From an uncultured Chloroflexia bacterium (lineage in GTDB: Bacteria; Chloroflexota; Limnocylindria; Limnocylindrales; CSP1-4), in contig CAWEYP010000006.1 in NCBI GenBank assembly GCA_963813305.1, positions 31,056 to 95,055 of the forward strand: a stretch of DNA of 64,000 nt. The letters run 5' to 3'. The stretch's first letter is position 1. Every line of letters starts with the position of its first letter. Shown in pieces: positions 20,032 to 28,669 of the stretch. The notes below the pieces were generated by a model, which saw only the letters and a list, made by a program, of their open reading frames with translations, searched no databases and was not told where the DNA came from. Both the position numbers and the translations under genes were made by a program.

Positions 20032-20057
20032 CGCGATCGCTGCGAAGTCATGGGCGC

Positions 20058-20091
20058 ATCCTCGCGGAGTGGCGTTCGCGGAACGTTACGG
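20058..20091 (-). promoter_or_regulatory. Copy C of the ATCCTC-N20-CGTTACGG element, in the divergent region between paralogue 2 and the SARP gene
   Basis: Read directly. The heptamers CGTTCGC (20073) and CGTTACG (20084) are 11 nt apart. A further CGTTACG lies at 20113-20119. A 7-codon uORF (20051..20028) follows on the minus strand. Confidence 0.4.
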
Positions 20092-20124
20092 CATCGGTCC
20101 GATTCCGACTACCGTTACGTCTCG

Positions 20125-23013
20125 ATGTTCCATCACTCCGAACCCTCCGTCGAGATCCGGCTCCTCGGCCCCGTCGAGGTTCTGGTCGACGGCGCGCCGC
20201 TCGCCGTCGACACCCGCAAGGCCGTCGCCCTGCTGGCCCATCTCGCCGTGGTTGGCCGGCCAGTCGACCGCGACACGCTGGCGGCCCTCCTCTGGCCGGA
20301 GGCGGACGGGGTCGACGCCCGGGGTGCCTTCCGCCGCACGCTCTCCGTGCTCAACGCGGGCCTCGGTGGGACTGGCCTGCGCATCGATCGCCGCGTGGTC
20401 GGGCTGGATGGTGCGACAGCCGGTGTTGACATCCTCCGGTTCCGGGCCGCGCTCGGGCGGGCCCGCGCTCACCGGCACGGGCCGGACGAGCCGTGCGGGA
20501 CATGTCTCGTCGATCTCGACGAGGCCGCGGCGCTCGATCGCGGGGAGTTCATGGCGGGCTTCTCCCTCCGGGACAGCGAGGAGTGGGACGCCTGGCAGCT
20601 CGGGGAGACGGAGGCGCACCGGCGCGACCTCGCGGGGGTGCTGGAGCGCCTCGCGCGGATGCGGGCGGCGGCAGGTGATCACGCTGGCGCGATCGACGCC
20701 GCCCGTCGCTGGGTCAGCCTGGACCCACTCCACGAACCCGCCCAGCGCGTGGTGATCACCGCGCTCGCCCGGGCCGGCGAGACCGGCGCGGCGATCCGCC
20801 AGTACCGCGACGCCGTGGCCGCGCTCGACCGCGAGCTGGGCGTCGCGCCGCTCGCGGAGACGACCGCGCTCTACGAGACGATCCGGGACGGCACCTTTGC
20901 CGCCGCGGTCGCCCCCTTCGCCGCCGCGGTCGCCCACGGCGCCGTCGGGGCCGCTGCCCCGCCGGCGGTCACGCACGGTCGCCCGCCCGCTCCGGCGCGG
21001 CTGCCGTTCGTCGGGCGCGACGGCGAGATGGCCGCGCTGCTCGCCGCCCGCCGCGAGGCCGCGCCGGACGGCCGCCTGGCGATCCTCGAGGGCGCGCCGG
21101 GGATCGGCAAGACCCGGCTGGCCCTGGAGCTCGCCGACGCGGTTCGGGCGGCCGGCGGCGTCGTGCTCGCCGCGACGTGCTACCGCGGGGAGGCGGGCAT
21201 CGCCTTCGAGGGGACTGCCGACCTCCTTCGCGACGGCCTGTCCCTGCCCGACGCGACCGAGCGCCTGGCGTCGATCCCGGAGGCCGCCCGCCTGGAGGCC
21301 GCCCGCCTCGTGCCGGCGCTGCTCCCGACCGGGTGGTCGCCGCCCCCGGCGGCAGCCGACCCCGGGGCCCGCGCCCGCCTCCTCGACGCGCTCGCCGCCG
21401 TCCTGACCGCCCTGGTCGCCGGTCCCGTGCCGGGCGTCATCGTCGTGGACGACCTCCAGTGGGCGGACACCTCGACGCTGGAGGCGCTCGGCTACCTCGC
21501 TCGCCGGCCGGCCGGCCGCTCGCTGCTGATGCTTCTCGCCGTGCGCCGCGAGGACCTCGACGAGCCCGGACGCGCCGCGGTCGGATCGCTCGAGCGCGTG
21601 AGCGATGCCGTCGTCGTGCGCCTGGCCGGGCTGGACGACACGGCGGTCGCCGAGCTGGTGGCGGCCGCCGGCGGCACGCTGGACGCGGCCGCCCTGGCGG
21701 TCGAGTCGGAGGGCCTCCCCTTGTTCGTGGTGGAGGCGCTCGCGGAGCCGCGGTCGGCAGGCGTGCCGCCGGCCGGCGTCCGGGCGCTGCTGGAGGAGCG
21801 GATCGAGCGCGCCGGCGAGGTTGCCGCGCAGGTGTTGGCCGCCGCCGCGATCCTTGGCCGCGCGGCGGATGCGGCGACGCTCCGCGGCACCGGCGGGCGG
21901 ACGGAGGACGAGACCGTCGCCGCCCTCGAGGAGCTGATGGCGCGGGGGATCGTCCGCGAGGGCGTGGCACCCGACGGGTCCGAGCCGACCTACGGCATCG
22001 CCCATGCCGCAATGCGCGATGCGGTCGTGGAGCGGATCAGCCTCGCCCGGCGCCGGCTGCTCCACCGACGGGCCGCCGAGACGCTGCGGGCGGTGCCAGC
22101 CCGGGCCCTCGACCTGGGGCGCCTCGCACGGATCGCAGCCCACGAGCGCGCGGCGGGGCGCGACCGCGAGGCGGCGCTGGCCTACCGCGATGCCGGCGAC
22201 CTCGCCCGCTCGCTCTACGCCAACCGCGAGGCGATCGACCACTTCGAGGCCGCGCTGGCTCTCGGCCACGAGGACGCCTCCCTGATCCACGAGGCACTGG
22301 GCGAGCTGCGGACCCGCACCGGCGACTACGCCGGCGCCGTCGCATCGCTCGAGCGGGCGGCTGCCACGGCCGCCGGAACAGGACGCCTTGCCACGATCGA
22401 GCGCCGCCTGGCGCTGGCGCATCAGCGCGTGGGTGACCACGGTGCCGCGGCGAGCCACCTCGTCGCCGCGCTCGCGCTCCTCGAGCCCGGGGATGAATCC
22501 CGGTCGCGGCTGGTCGCGGAGCAGGCCGTCGTGGCGCTCGGCGCCGGCGATCTCGAGGCTGCCCGCGAGCGGGCCCTGGATGTCCTCGCCCGGGGCGGGG
22601 ACGACCCGGTCGCCGCGGCCCATGCGCACCGTGTTCTCGGGCTCCTCGCGACGGCCGAGTCGCGGCGGGACGATGCCGAGGCCTCGCTGGTCGCCTCCCT
22701 CGCGCTGGCCCACCGGGCGGACGATCCGGGACTCGTCATCGCGGCCCACAATGCGCTGGCCCTCGTCGCGGCGGCCGTGGGGGAGACGCCCGCCGCGCTC
22801 GAACACGGCCTGGCCGCTCTTGTCGAGGCGCGACGCACGGGCGACCTCCACCTCGAGGCCGCCGTGGAGAGCAACCTCGCCGATGTCCTGCACGCGGCCG
22901 GGCGGGATGGCGAGTCGCGCGAGCACCAGCTGCGCGCGGTCGCGCTGTTCGCCGAGGTCGGCGGCGCCCCCGGTGAGCTGCAGCCCGAGATCTGGAAGCT
23001 CAGCGCCTGGTAG
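20125..23013 (+). CDS. SARP/AfsR-family regulator (winged-helix + BTAD + NB-ARC/AAA ATPase + TPR)
   Basis: ORF 20050..23013; the likely start is ATG 20125 (MFHHSEPSVEIRLLGPVEVLVDG). It has BTAD-like DEAAALDRGEFMAGF...RWVSLDPLHEPAQRVVITALARAGETGAAIRQYR, Walker A GAPGIGKTRL, and a TPR-like C-terminus. Confidence 0.85.
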   Translation: MFHHSEPSVEIRLLGPVEVLVDGAPLAVDTRKAVALLAHLAVVGRPVDRDTLAALLWPEADGVDARGAFRRTLSVLNAGLGGTGLRIDRRVVGLDGATAGVDILRFRAALGRARAHRHGPDEPCGTCLVDLDEAAALDRGEFMAGFSLRDSEEWDAWQLGETEAHRRDLAGVLERLARMRAAAGDHAGAIDAARRWVSLDPLHEPAQRVVITALARAGETGAAIRQYRDAVAALDRELGVAPLAETTALYETIRDGTFAAAVAPFAAAVAHGAVGAAAPPAVTHGRPPAPARLPFVGRDGEMAALLAARREAAPDGRLAILEGAPGIGKTRLALELADAVRAAGGVVLAATCYRGEAGIAFEGTADLLRDGLSLPDATERLASIPEAARLEAARLVPALLPTGWSPPPAAADPGARARLLDALAAVLTALVAGPVPGVIVVDDLQWADTSTLEALGYLARRPAGRSLLMLLAVRREDLDEPGRAAVGSLERVSDAVVVRLAGLDDTAVAELVAAAGGTLDAAALAVESEGLPLFVVEALAEPRSAGVPPAGVRALLEERIERAGEVAAQVLAAAAILGRAADAATLRGTGGRTEDETVAALEELMARGIVREGVAPDGSEPTYGIAHAAMRDAVVERISLARRRLLHRRAAETLRAVPARALDLGRLARIAAHERAAGRDREAALAYRDAGDLARSLYANREAIDHFEAALALGHEDASLIHEALGELRTRTGDYAGAVASLERAAATAAGTGRLATIERRLALAHQRVGDHGAAASHLVAALALLEPGDESRSRLVAEQAVVALGAGDLEAARERALDVLARGGDDPVAAAHAHRVLGLLATAESRRDDAEASLVASLALAHRADDPGLVIAAHNALALVAAAVGETPAALEHGLAALVEARRTGDLHLEAAVESNLADVLHAAGRDGESREHQLRAVALFAEVGGAPGELQPEIWKLSAW

Positions 23014-24223
23014 CGTCGACGCCTGGGTCGTGCCGCGCGACGTGGCCGTCGGGCCGGAGCCAGATCCCAACGTGACCCGGCTCGAGCGTCCGGGCGAGGG
23101 CGCCGCGCACCTGGTCCAGGACCGCGCCGACGTCGACCTCGTCGCGCAGGGTCGTCTCCAGGGCACGCGCCTCGTGGTCGACGTCGTACCGGGCGCGGTG
23201 GAAGCGACGGTCGACGGCACGCTGGACCCGCGAGCGGACTGGCTGGAAGAGGCCCGCGGCCAGCAGCGTGGACGCCGCCACCGCCAGTGTGTCACCTCCA
23301 GCCACCTCGGCCAGGAGGCCGCCGAGGACCACGGTGCTCGTCGCGACGACCGCGACCAGGACGCCGGTCACGACCGCGTAGCCGATGGTTCGCGACACGA
23401 TCCGGTCGATCTCGTAGAGGCGGTAGCGGAGCACGGCGACCCCCACCGCCACCGGGAGCGCGACGACACCCGTGCCCAGGAGCGCAGCGGCAACCCAATA
23501 ACCGGCATCGCCGGCGACGAGCGCGACCGGGATCGCGATGATGACCAGGGAGATGGCGGCACCGAGCCAGCGCAGCTGGAGGCGCGTGGTGCGATCCGCG
23601 TGGACGAGGCGGTCGACGAAGGCGCTGATCGACAGGCCGACGAGCAGGACGACGATTGCGATGGTGGGGATCCAGAGCGAATCCCAGGATGACGTGTCAA
23701 GGCCGTCCAGGTGGATCGGCTTCCAGGCGATCCAGGCGCCGATCTGCACGATCTCCGGTCGTAGCGCGACGACGGCCATCAGGATCGCTACGACGACCGC
23801 CAGCGCCGGCACGGCCCACCAGGCGCGTCGCGATGGCCGTCCATCCGGGAAGAGGACGAGCAGGATCGGGCCCGCCATCAACAGGGCGACCGTCGGCGCG
23901 ATGCCGGAGATCCAGATCGCGAGCGCGCCCGCGGGGCCGAGCCCGTCGCCGCTCCGGGCGTCGATGAGCGCCACGGCGCGGCTCGCCAGACCCGCCGCTG
24001 CCACGACACCCGCCGCAAGGCACAGGCGCCCGATCGGATTCGCGGGACGGTGATACACGATGAGAAGGCCAACGAGGCCATAGCCGATCGCCGACGCTGC
24101 CGCGACCGTGGGAAGTCCCGGGTCCGGGAAGGCGCCCGACGCCAGCTCCGCCCACACACCTGCAGCCGCGGCGACCACGATGGCCGCCGCCGCCGCCGCG
24201 AAGAAGGCGGCGCGCCTCCTCAC
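23000..24223 (-). CDS. Sensor-like polytopic membrane protein lacking a kinase domain (paralogue 3)
   Basis: Lower 407 aa of ORF 23000..24805. It has FPDGRPSRRAWW and LRYRLYEIDRIVSRTIGY...LFQPVRSRVQRAVDRRFHRARYD...LRDEVDV. The GTG start overlaps the upstream stop (GTGA at 24220-24223). The 3' end overlaps the SARP 3' end by 14 nt. Confidence 0.75.
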   Translation of the reverse strand: MRRRAAFFAAAAAAIVVAAAAGVWAELASGAFPDPGLPTVAAASAIGYGLVGLLIVYHRPANPIGRLCLAAGVVAAAGLASRAVALIDARSGDGLGPAGALAIWISGIAPTVALLMAGPILLVLFPDGRPSRRAWWAVPALAVVVAILMAVVALRPEIVQIGAWIAWKPIHLDGLDTSSWDSLWIPTIAIVVLLVGLSISAFVDRLVHADRTTRLQLRWLGAAISLVIIAIPVALVAGDAGYWVAAALLGTGVVALPVAVGVAVLRYRLYEIDRIVSRTIGYAVVTGVLVAVVATSTVVLGGLLAEVAGGDTLAVAASTLLAAGLFQPVRSRVQRAVDRRFHRARYDVDHEARALETTLRDEVDVGAVLDQVRGALARTLEPGHVGIWLRPDGHVARHDPGVDATRR

Positions 24224-25683
24224 GGAGAGCCGAGCGTGAAGGGCCGACCCGGCGTGATCGCGAGCGCCGGGTCGTCCCCGGTGAGGCAGACCGGACCGAA
24301 CGTCCCGGCCGGGGCGTCGGCGAAGGCGAACGACGCGTTCCCGGCCTCCGCGGCGAGCCACGCGATCCCGGTCACCCAGTCCGGCTGCGGCTGGCTGGGG
24401 TCGTAGTCCGCGACGAGGGCGAGAAGATCGTCCCAGGTCTTCGGCGCCCGCACCCCGGCGATCAGCATCGCGACTGGTGCCGCACTCCCGTTCTGCAGTC
24501 GGACGGCGTACAGGCCGGGCGCGGACGGCGCGGCCGAGATCGTGCAGACAGCCCCGTCCCAGGTCACGGAGATCTCGCCGACCGGCGCGAACGGGGTCCT
24601 GCGAGGGCCGCCACGCCGGAGCGCCGCGAGCAGCGCCGCCTTGGTGCGGCTTGCGTCGGCGCCGACGGCGGCGCGGATTCGCCGGCCGGCGGGGTCCCTG
24701 GCGACCTGGCCCGCGTTGGGCCGTTCGGTCACGGCGCGTACGGTCGCGTCCTCCCACGTGACCAGGGTGGGATCGAGAAGGGTTAGCGCGGTCAGCGAGT
24801 CCCACAGGTACTGGCCCTCGCCGATCAGGAAGGGATTGCGGGCGTACATCTCGTACACGAGGTCGGCGCCCGCCGCCGCATGGTCGGCCCCGAGCTCGTC
24901 GAGGATGTCGGCGGGCATCGGAACGTCGTTCGTGGCGTCGAGGGGCACGAGCGTCACCGGCACGCCCGTCGCAAGGACGGCTGCCACGGACGCCGGGTCG
25001 GCGCCGAAGTTGTACTCGACGGGGACCTCGAGCGGCGCACCGTCGGCCCAGATGTTCCCCTTGGCGTCGAGCGTGCCGCCCATGGCGTAGATCCCGGCGA
25101 TCCTGTCGACGAGGCCCGGGTCTGCCTCCAGTGCGTCCTTGAGGTTGGTCCAGGGGCCGAGGGCGAAGATGAGCGGGGGCGACGGCGATCCGGCCACTGC
25201 TTCGGCGATCACGCTCACGGCATCGCCGCCGGCGCTCGTGCCAGGGGCCGGGGTGAACGTGATGCCGTAGCCTGCATCGGCGCCGGCCCGCCAGTCGTCA
25301 GGCCAGGGGTAGGCTTCCGGGCCGGCCGCCTCGCGCCCGCAGCCGATCGGGATCCCGCGTGCCCCGAGCTCGGCCAACAGGTTGCGCAGGTTGCGGAGTC
25401 CGGGTCCGCAATGGACCTCGCCCGTCCCGGGGATCGTGATCGCCCGGACGTCGAGGCTCGGGTTGCCCAGGAGAACGGCGATCGCCGTGATGTCGTCACC
25501 CGCCAGGTCGGTGTCGATGATCACGGCACGGGAAGCCGGCGAGGGACCTGGACCGAAGGAGGCACCCGACGACGGGCTTGCCGCTGGGACGGCAATCGAC
25601 GACGAGGGACCGGCCGAACCGCACGCGGCGACGGCAAGGGTGCCGCCGACGACCAGGGCGACTGTGCGGAGTGACGTCTTCAT
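24220..25683 (-). CDS. Lipoprotein inosine-uridine-preferring nucleoside hydrolase family protein with an extra C-terminal ~130-aa domain (copy 2)
   Basis: ORF 24220..25743; the likely start is M21 (MKTSLRTVALVVGGTLAVAAC, a lipobox). It has the IIDTDLAGDD nucleoside hydrolase motif and an uncharacterised two-Cys C-terminal domain. Confidence 0.8.
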   Translation of the reverse strand: MKTSLRTVALVVGGTLAVAACGSAGPSSSIAVPAASPSSGASFGPGPSPASRAVIIDTDLAGDDITAIAVLLGNPSLDVRAITIPGTGEVHCGPGLRNLRNLLAELGARGIPIGCGREAAGPEAYPWPDDWRAGADAGYGITFTPAPGTSAGGDAVSVIAEAVAGSPSPPLIFALGPWTNLKDALEADPGLVDRIAGIYAMGGTLDAKGNIWADGAPLEVPVEYNFGADPASVAAVLATGVPVTLVPLDATNDVPMPADILDELGADHAAAGADLVYEMYARNPFLIGEGQYLWDSLTALTLLDPTLVTWEDATVRAVTERPNAGQVARDPAGRRIRAAVGADASRTKAALLAALRRGGPRRTPFAPVGEISVTWDGAVCTISAAPSAPGLYAVRLQNGSAAPVAMLIAGVRAPKTWDDLLALVADYDPSQPQPDWVTGIAWLAAEAGNASFAFADAPAGTFGPVCLTGDDPALAITPGRPFTLGSP

Positions 25684-25690
25684 GCACCGG

Positions 25691-25724
25691 ATCCTCCCCC
25701 GGCAGCGGTACGACTCCGTTACGG
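25691..25724 (-). promoter_or_regulatory. Copy B of the ATCCTC-N20-CGTTACGG element, between the two nucleoside hydrolase genes
   Basis: Read directly. The heptamers CGGTACG (25706) and CGTTACG (25717) are 11 nt apart. The distance to ATG 25683 is identical to that of copy A to ATG 17588. Confidence 0.4.
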
Positions 25725-25773
25725 ACCGGGGCTGACGCCACATCCGGTCGGTCGCCGCCGCCGCGCGCCGCGG

Positions 25774-27264
25774 TCAGGGAGCGCCGACGTCGAAGGGCGC
25801 CCCGACGACGAGCGCGACGTCCGGCCACTCCCCGGTGGCGCAGACGGCGCCGAAGGTCCCGGCCGGGATCTCGGCGAAGGCGAGGGCGGTGCCCCCTGCG
25901 ACCGCGTCAACGGCCGCGATCCCGATCACCCATTCCGGGGTCGGCTGCGAGGGATCGAGGTTGGCAAGGAGCTCGAGGATGTCGGCCCACGTCTTCGGTG
26001 GCCGGGGGCCCCCGACGAGGAGGCTCACCACCGCCGACGTCCGGTTCTCGATCGAGATCTCGTGCATGCCTGGCGTCGTCGGCACCGTGACGGCGGCGCA
26101 GGAGGTCCCGTCCCAGGTGACGGCGAGCCGTCCCACGGGCGTGAACGGGTGCTCCCGGGGCCCGCCGCGGCGGAGCCCGGCCAGGAGGGCGGCCTCGACC
26201 CGGACAGGATCGGCCGCGGCCGCGTACCGGATGGAGCGTCCGGCGGGGTCGCGCCCGATCCTGCCGGCGTCCGGCCGCGCGGTCGTGACGCTGACCGTCG
26301 CGTCCTGCCAGCTGGCGACCGCCGGATCCAGCAGGGCGACCGCGGCGGTCTGATCCCAGAGGAACTGGCCGTCGCCCGCGAGGAACGGCGACCGGGCGTA
26401 CATCTCGTGGACGAGGTCGGTGCCGGCGGCGCCGTGGTCGGCCTCGAGGGCGGCGACGAAGGACGGGCTGACGGGGACGTCGTCGGTCGCGTCGAGCGGG
26501 ACGAGCGTGACCGGGACGTCGGTTGCCAGGACCGCTGCCACCGCCGCGGGATCCGCCCCGAAGTTGAACTCGACCGGGATGGCGAGCTCCTTCCCGCCGG
26601 CCCAGACGTTGCCCCTGGCGTCCAGCGTCCCGCCCATGGCGTGGATCCCCGCCAGCCGGCCGGGCAGGGTCGTGTCCGCCGCGAAGGCCTCGGCGAGATT
26701 GGTCCACGGGCCGAGGGCGACGATCAGCGGCGGCGTGGGCGACGCCGCCACCGCGTCGGCGATGACCGCCGCCGCGTCGCCACCGGGGCTGGTGGCCGGC
26801 GCCGGCACGAACGTGAGCCCGTAGGCCTGGTCGGTCAACGCACGCCAGTCCTCCGGGAACGGGTAGGCCTCGGGGCCGGCCCCGGCATGCCCGCAGCCGA
26901 TCGGGATCTCGCGCCGGCCGAGATCGGCGATGAGGTTGCGCAGGTTCCGCAGGCCCGGGCCGCAGCGCCCGAGGCCGGTCCTCGGCACCGTGATCGCACG
27001 GACGTCGACGGAGGGGTCGCGCAGGAGGACCGCCAGGGCGGTCAGGTCATCGGCGCCCAGGTCGGTGTCGATGATCACGGCGCGCGACGAGGCCGGTGGA
27101 GTCGGTGCGGCGCTGGTGTCCGGGCCGACGCTGGTGCCGGGTTCCGGGGTCGTGGTGCGCGGCGTCGGAGTCGCCGTCCCGCATCCGGCGAGCGCCAGCG
27201 TCGCCGCGACGAGCAGTCGGGCGAGGCGGTGGTCCGGCGTCACAGCGGCCACGGACAGGTACAT
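25774..27264 (-). CDS. Lipoprotein nucleoside hydrolase family protein with the same extra C-terminal domain (copy 1)
   Basis: Lower part of ORF 25774..27621, starting MYLSVAAVTPDHRLARLLVAATLALAGC (lipobox). It has the IIDTDLGADD motif and is collinear with copy 2 over its full length. Confidence 0.8.
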   Translation of the reverse strand: MYLSVAAVTPDHRLARLLVAATLALAGCGTATPTPRTTTPEPGTSVGPDTSAAPTPPASSRAVIIDTDLGADDLTALAVLLRDPSVDVRAITVPRTGLGRCGPGLRNLRNLIADLGRREIPIGCGHAGAGPEAYPFPEDWRALTDQAYGLTFVPAPATSPGGDAAAVIADAVAASPTPPLIVALGPWTNLAEAFAADTTLPGRLAGIHAMGGTLDARGNVWAGGKELAIPVEFNFGADPAAVAAVLATDVPVTLVPLDATDDVPVSPSFVAALEADHGAAGTDLVHEMYARSPFLAGDGQFLWDQTAAVALLDPAVASWQDATVSVTTARPDAGRIGRDPAGRSIRYAAAADPVRVEAALLAGLRRGGPREHPFTPVGRLAVTWDGTSCAAVTVPTTPGMHEISIENRTSAVVSLLVGGPRPPKTWADILELLANLDPSQPTPEWVIGIAAVDAVAGGTALAFAEIPAGTFGAVCATGEWPDVALVVGAPFDVGAP

Positions 27265-28669
27265 CAGTCGGCAGAGGTCGCCCCGGTGAAGCGCCACGAC
27301 GCGATCCGGAGGGCCGGCACCAGCACCGCCCCCAGCTCGCCCCGGAGCAGGCGCCGCTCCACCGAGACCGCCTCCACGCCCGCCAGCGCGTCCAGGTAGG
27401 ACTGCGTGAAGCGGAGGTTGCGGACCGGCCCCACCACCTCGCCGTCGCGCACCAGGAAGGTGCCGTCGCGGGTCATCCCCGTGATGACGGCGAGCTTCGC
27501 GTGGACCACGTTCGTGTAGTGGAAGCGCGTGACGAGCAGGCCGTCGCCGAGCCCCGCGACCAGCTCCGTCCGGGGCGTCGCGCCCGCGGCCATCGCCGCG
27601 TGGAGCGGGAACGGGCCCCATGGGTTGGGCGCCGGCAGGCCGTGGCCGGTGGACGTCGTGCCGGCCCGCGCCGCGGTCGCCGCGTCGTGGACGATCTCGC
27701 GGCAGACGCCGGCCTCGACCATCACGACCCGGCGCGTCGGGACGCCTTCGTAGTCGAACGAGGCCGGCATCCCGGACGGGTCACGCGCGTCGTCGACGAG
27801 CGTGACGAGCTCGCTCCCGATCCGCCTTCCCCGGCTCGAAGAACGAACGGCCCTCCTGCACCGCGAGGCCCGAGAAGCCGGTGAAGCCCAGGTTGTCCAG
27901 CAGGTCCGTGACGGCGTACTCCTCCAGCACGACGGGGTAGTCGCCGGGCGGCAGGTCGACGGGCCGGGCAGAGCGGCGCGCCTTCTCGGCGGCCTCGCTG
28001 CCGACGGCCGCCGCGTCGATCCGGGTGGCGTCGACCGACGCCGCATCCGCGTAGCCCGTGCCGTCGTCGGGGACCCATCGTCACCACGAGGAGCCGGGCG
28101 CTCGTCCTGGATTCGGCGGCGCGGATTCCCCGGGTGGTCGCGAGGGCGACGGTCTCCACTCCGGTCGAGAACGATCCGAAGGCGGTCACGCCGGCGCGAT
28201 CGGCGGCGTCGACGACGGCGCGCACGCCGTCCGCGCGCAGCTCCGGCGACGCCTCGGCGGTGCCGGCGGCGAAGGCTCCGGCCACCGGCTCGACCGGGCG
28301 CGCTCCCGGCAGGCCGGCCCAGTCCGGCGTCTCCTCGGCGACGGCGGCGATCCGCCCCGCGTTCCGGGCCAGGCGTCGCAGCGCATCCCCGTCGGTCCGG
28401 CCGGACGACGCCACGCCGATCCGCTTCCCGCGGACGAAGCGCAGGTTGATCCGGACGTCGCGCTCGGAGACGTTCTGGTGGATCTCCGAGTTGGCGAAGC
28501 GGGTGAGCGCCTCGTCGCCGGTCGCCACGAGGATCTCGGCCTCGGTGGCGCCCTCGGCCTCTGCCAGCCGCAGGACGAGCTCGGCGAGCTCCAGCGCCTC
28601 CTCGGGCGCGAACGTGGCAGTGGCCTGCTCCGGTCCTCCGGCGGTCCTCGTCGGTCGTCCGGCGCTCAC
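27264..28669 (-). pseudogene. pmbA: PmbA/TldE metalloprotease-family protein, 2 frame changes as assembled
   Basis: The N-terminus is in ORF 27722..28669 (ILVATGDEALTRFANSEIHQNV...). The middle (DDGTGYADAASVDATRIDAAAVGSEAAEKA...LAVQEGRSFFEPGK) is in a third frame. The C-terminus is in ORF 27264..28046 (RIGSELVTLVDDARDP...FHYTNVVH...). The shifts are near 28075 and 27830. Confidence 0.8.

Noticed and set aside
20086-23295. Very long ORFs antisense to, or out of frame with, real genes. Examples are 20086..23295 (-), 1069 aa; 13324..16629 (+), 1101 aa; 7496..10330 (-), 944 aa; 38029..40446 (+), 805 aa; 60915..63119 (-), 734 aa; and 2052..4280 (+), 742 aa.
   Set aside because: Their translations are Arg/Pro/Gly/Ala-rich low-complexity strings with no motifs. 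They overlap genes with clear homology and motifs on the other strand or frame. Such shadow ORFs are expected at this GC content because stop codons are rare. Only short stretches of some of them, where a real gene has shifted into that frame, are coding.
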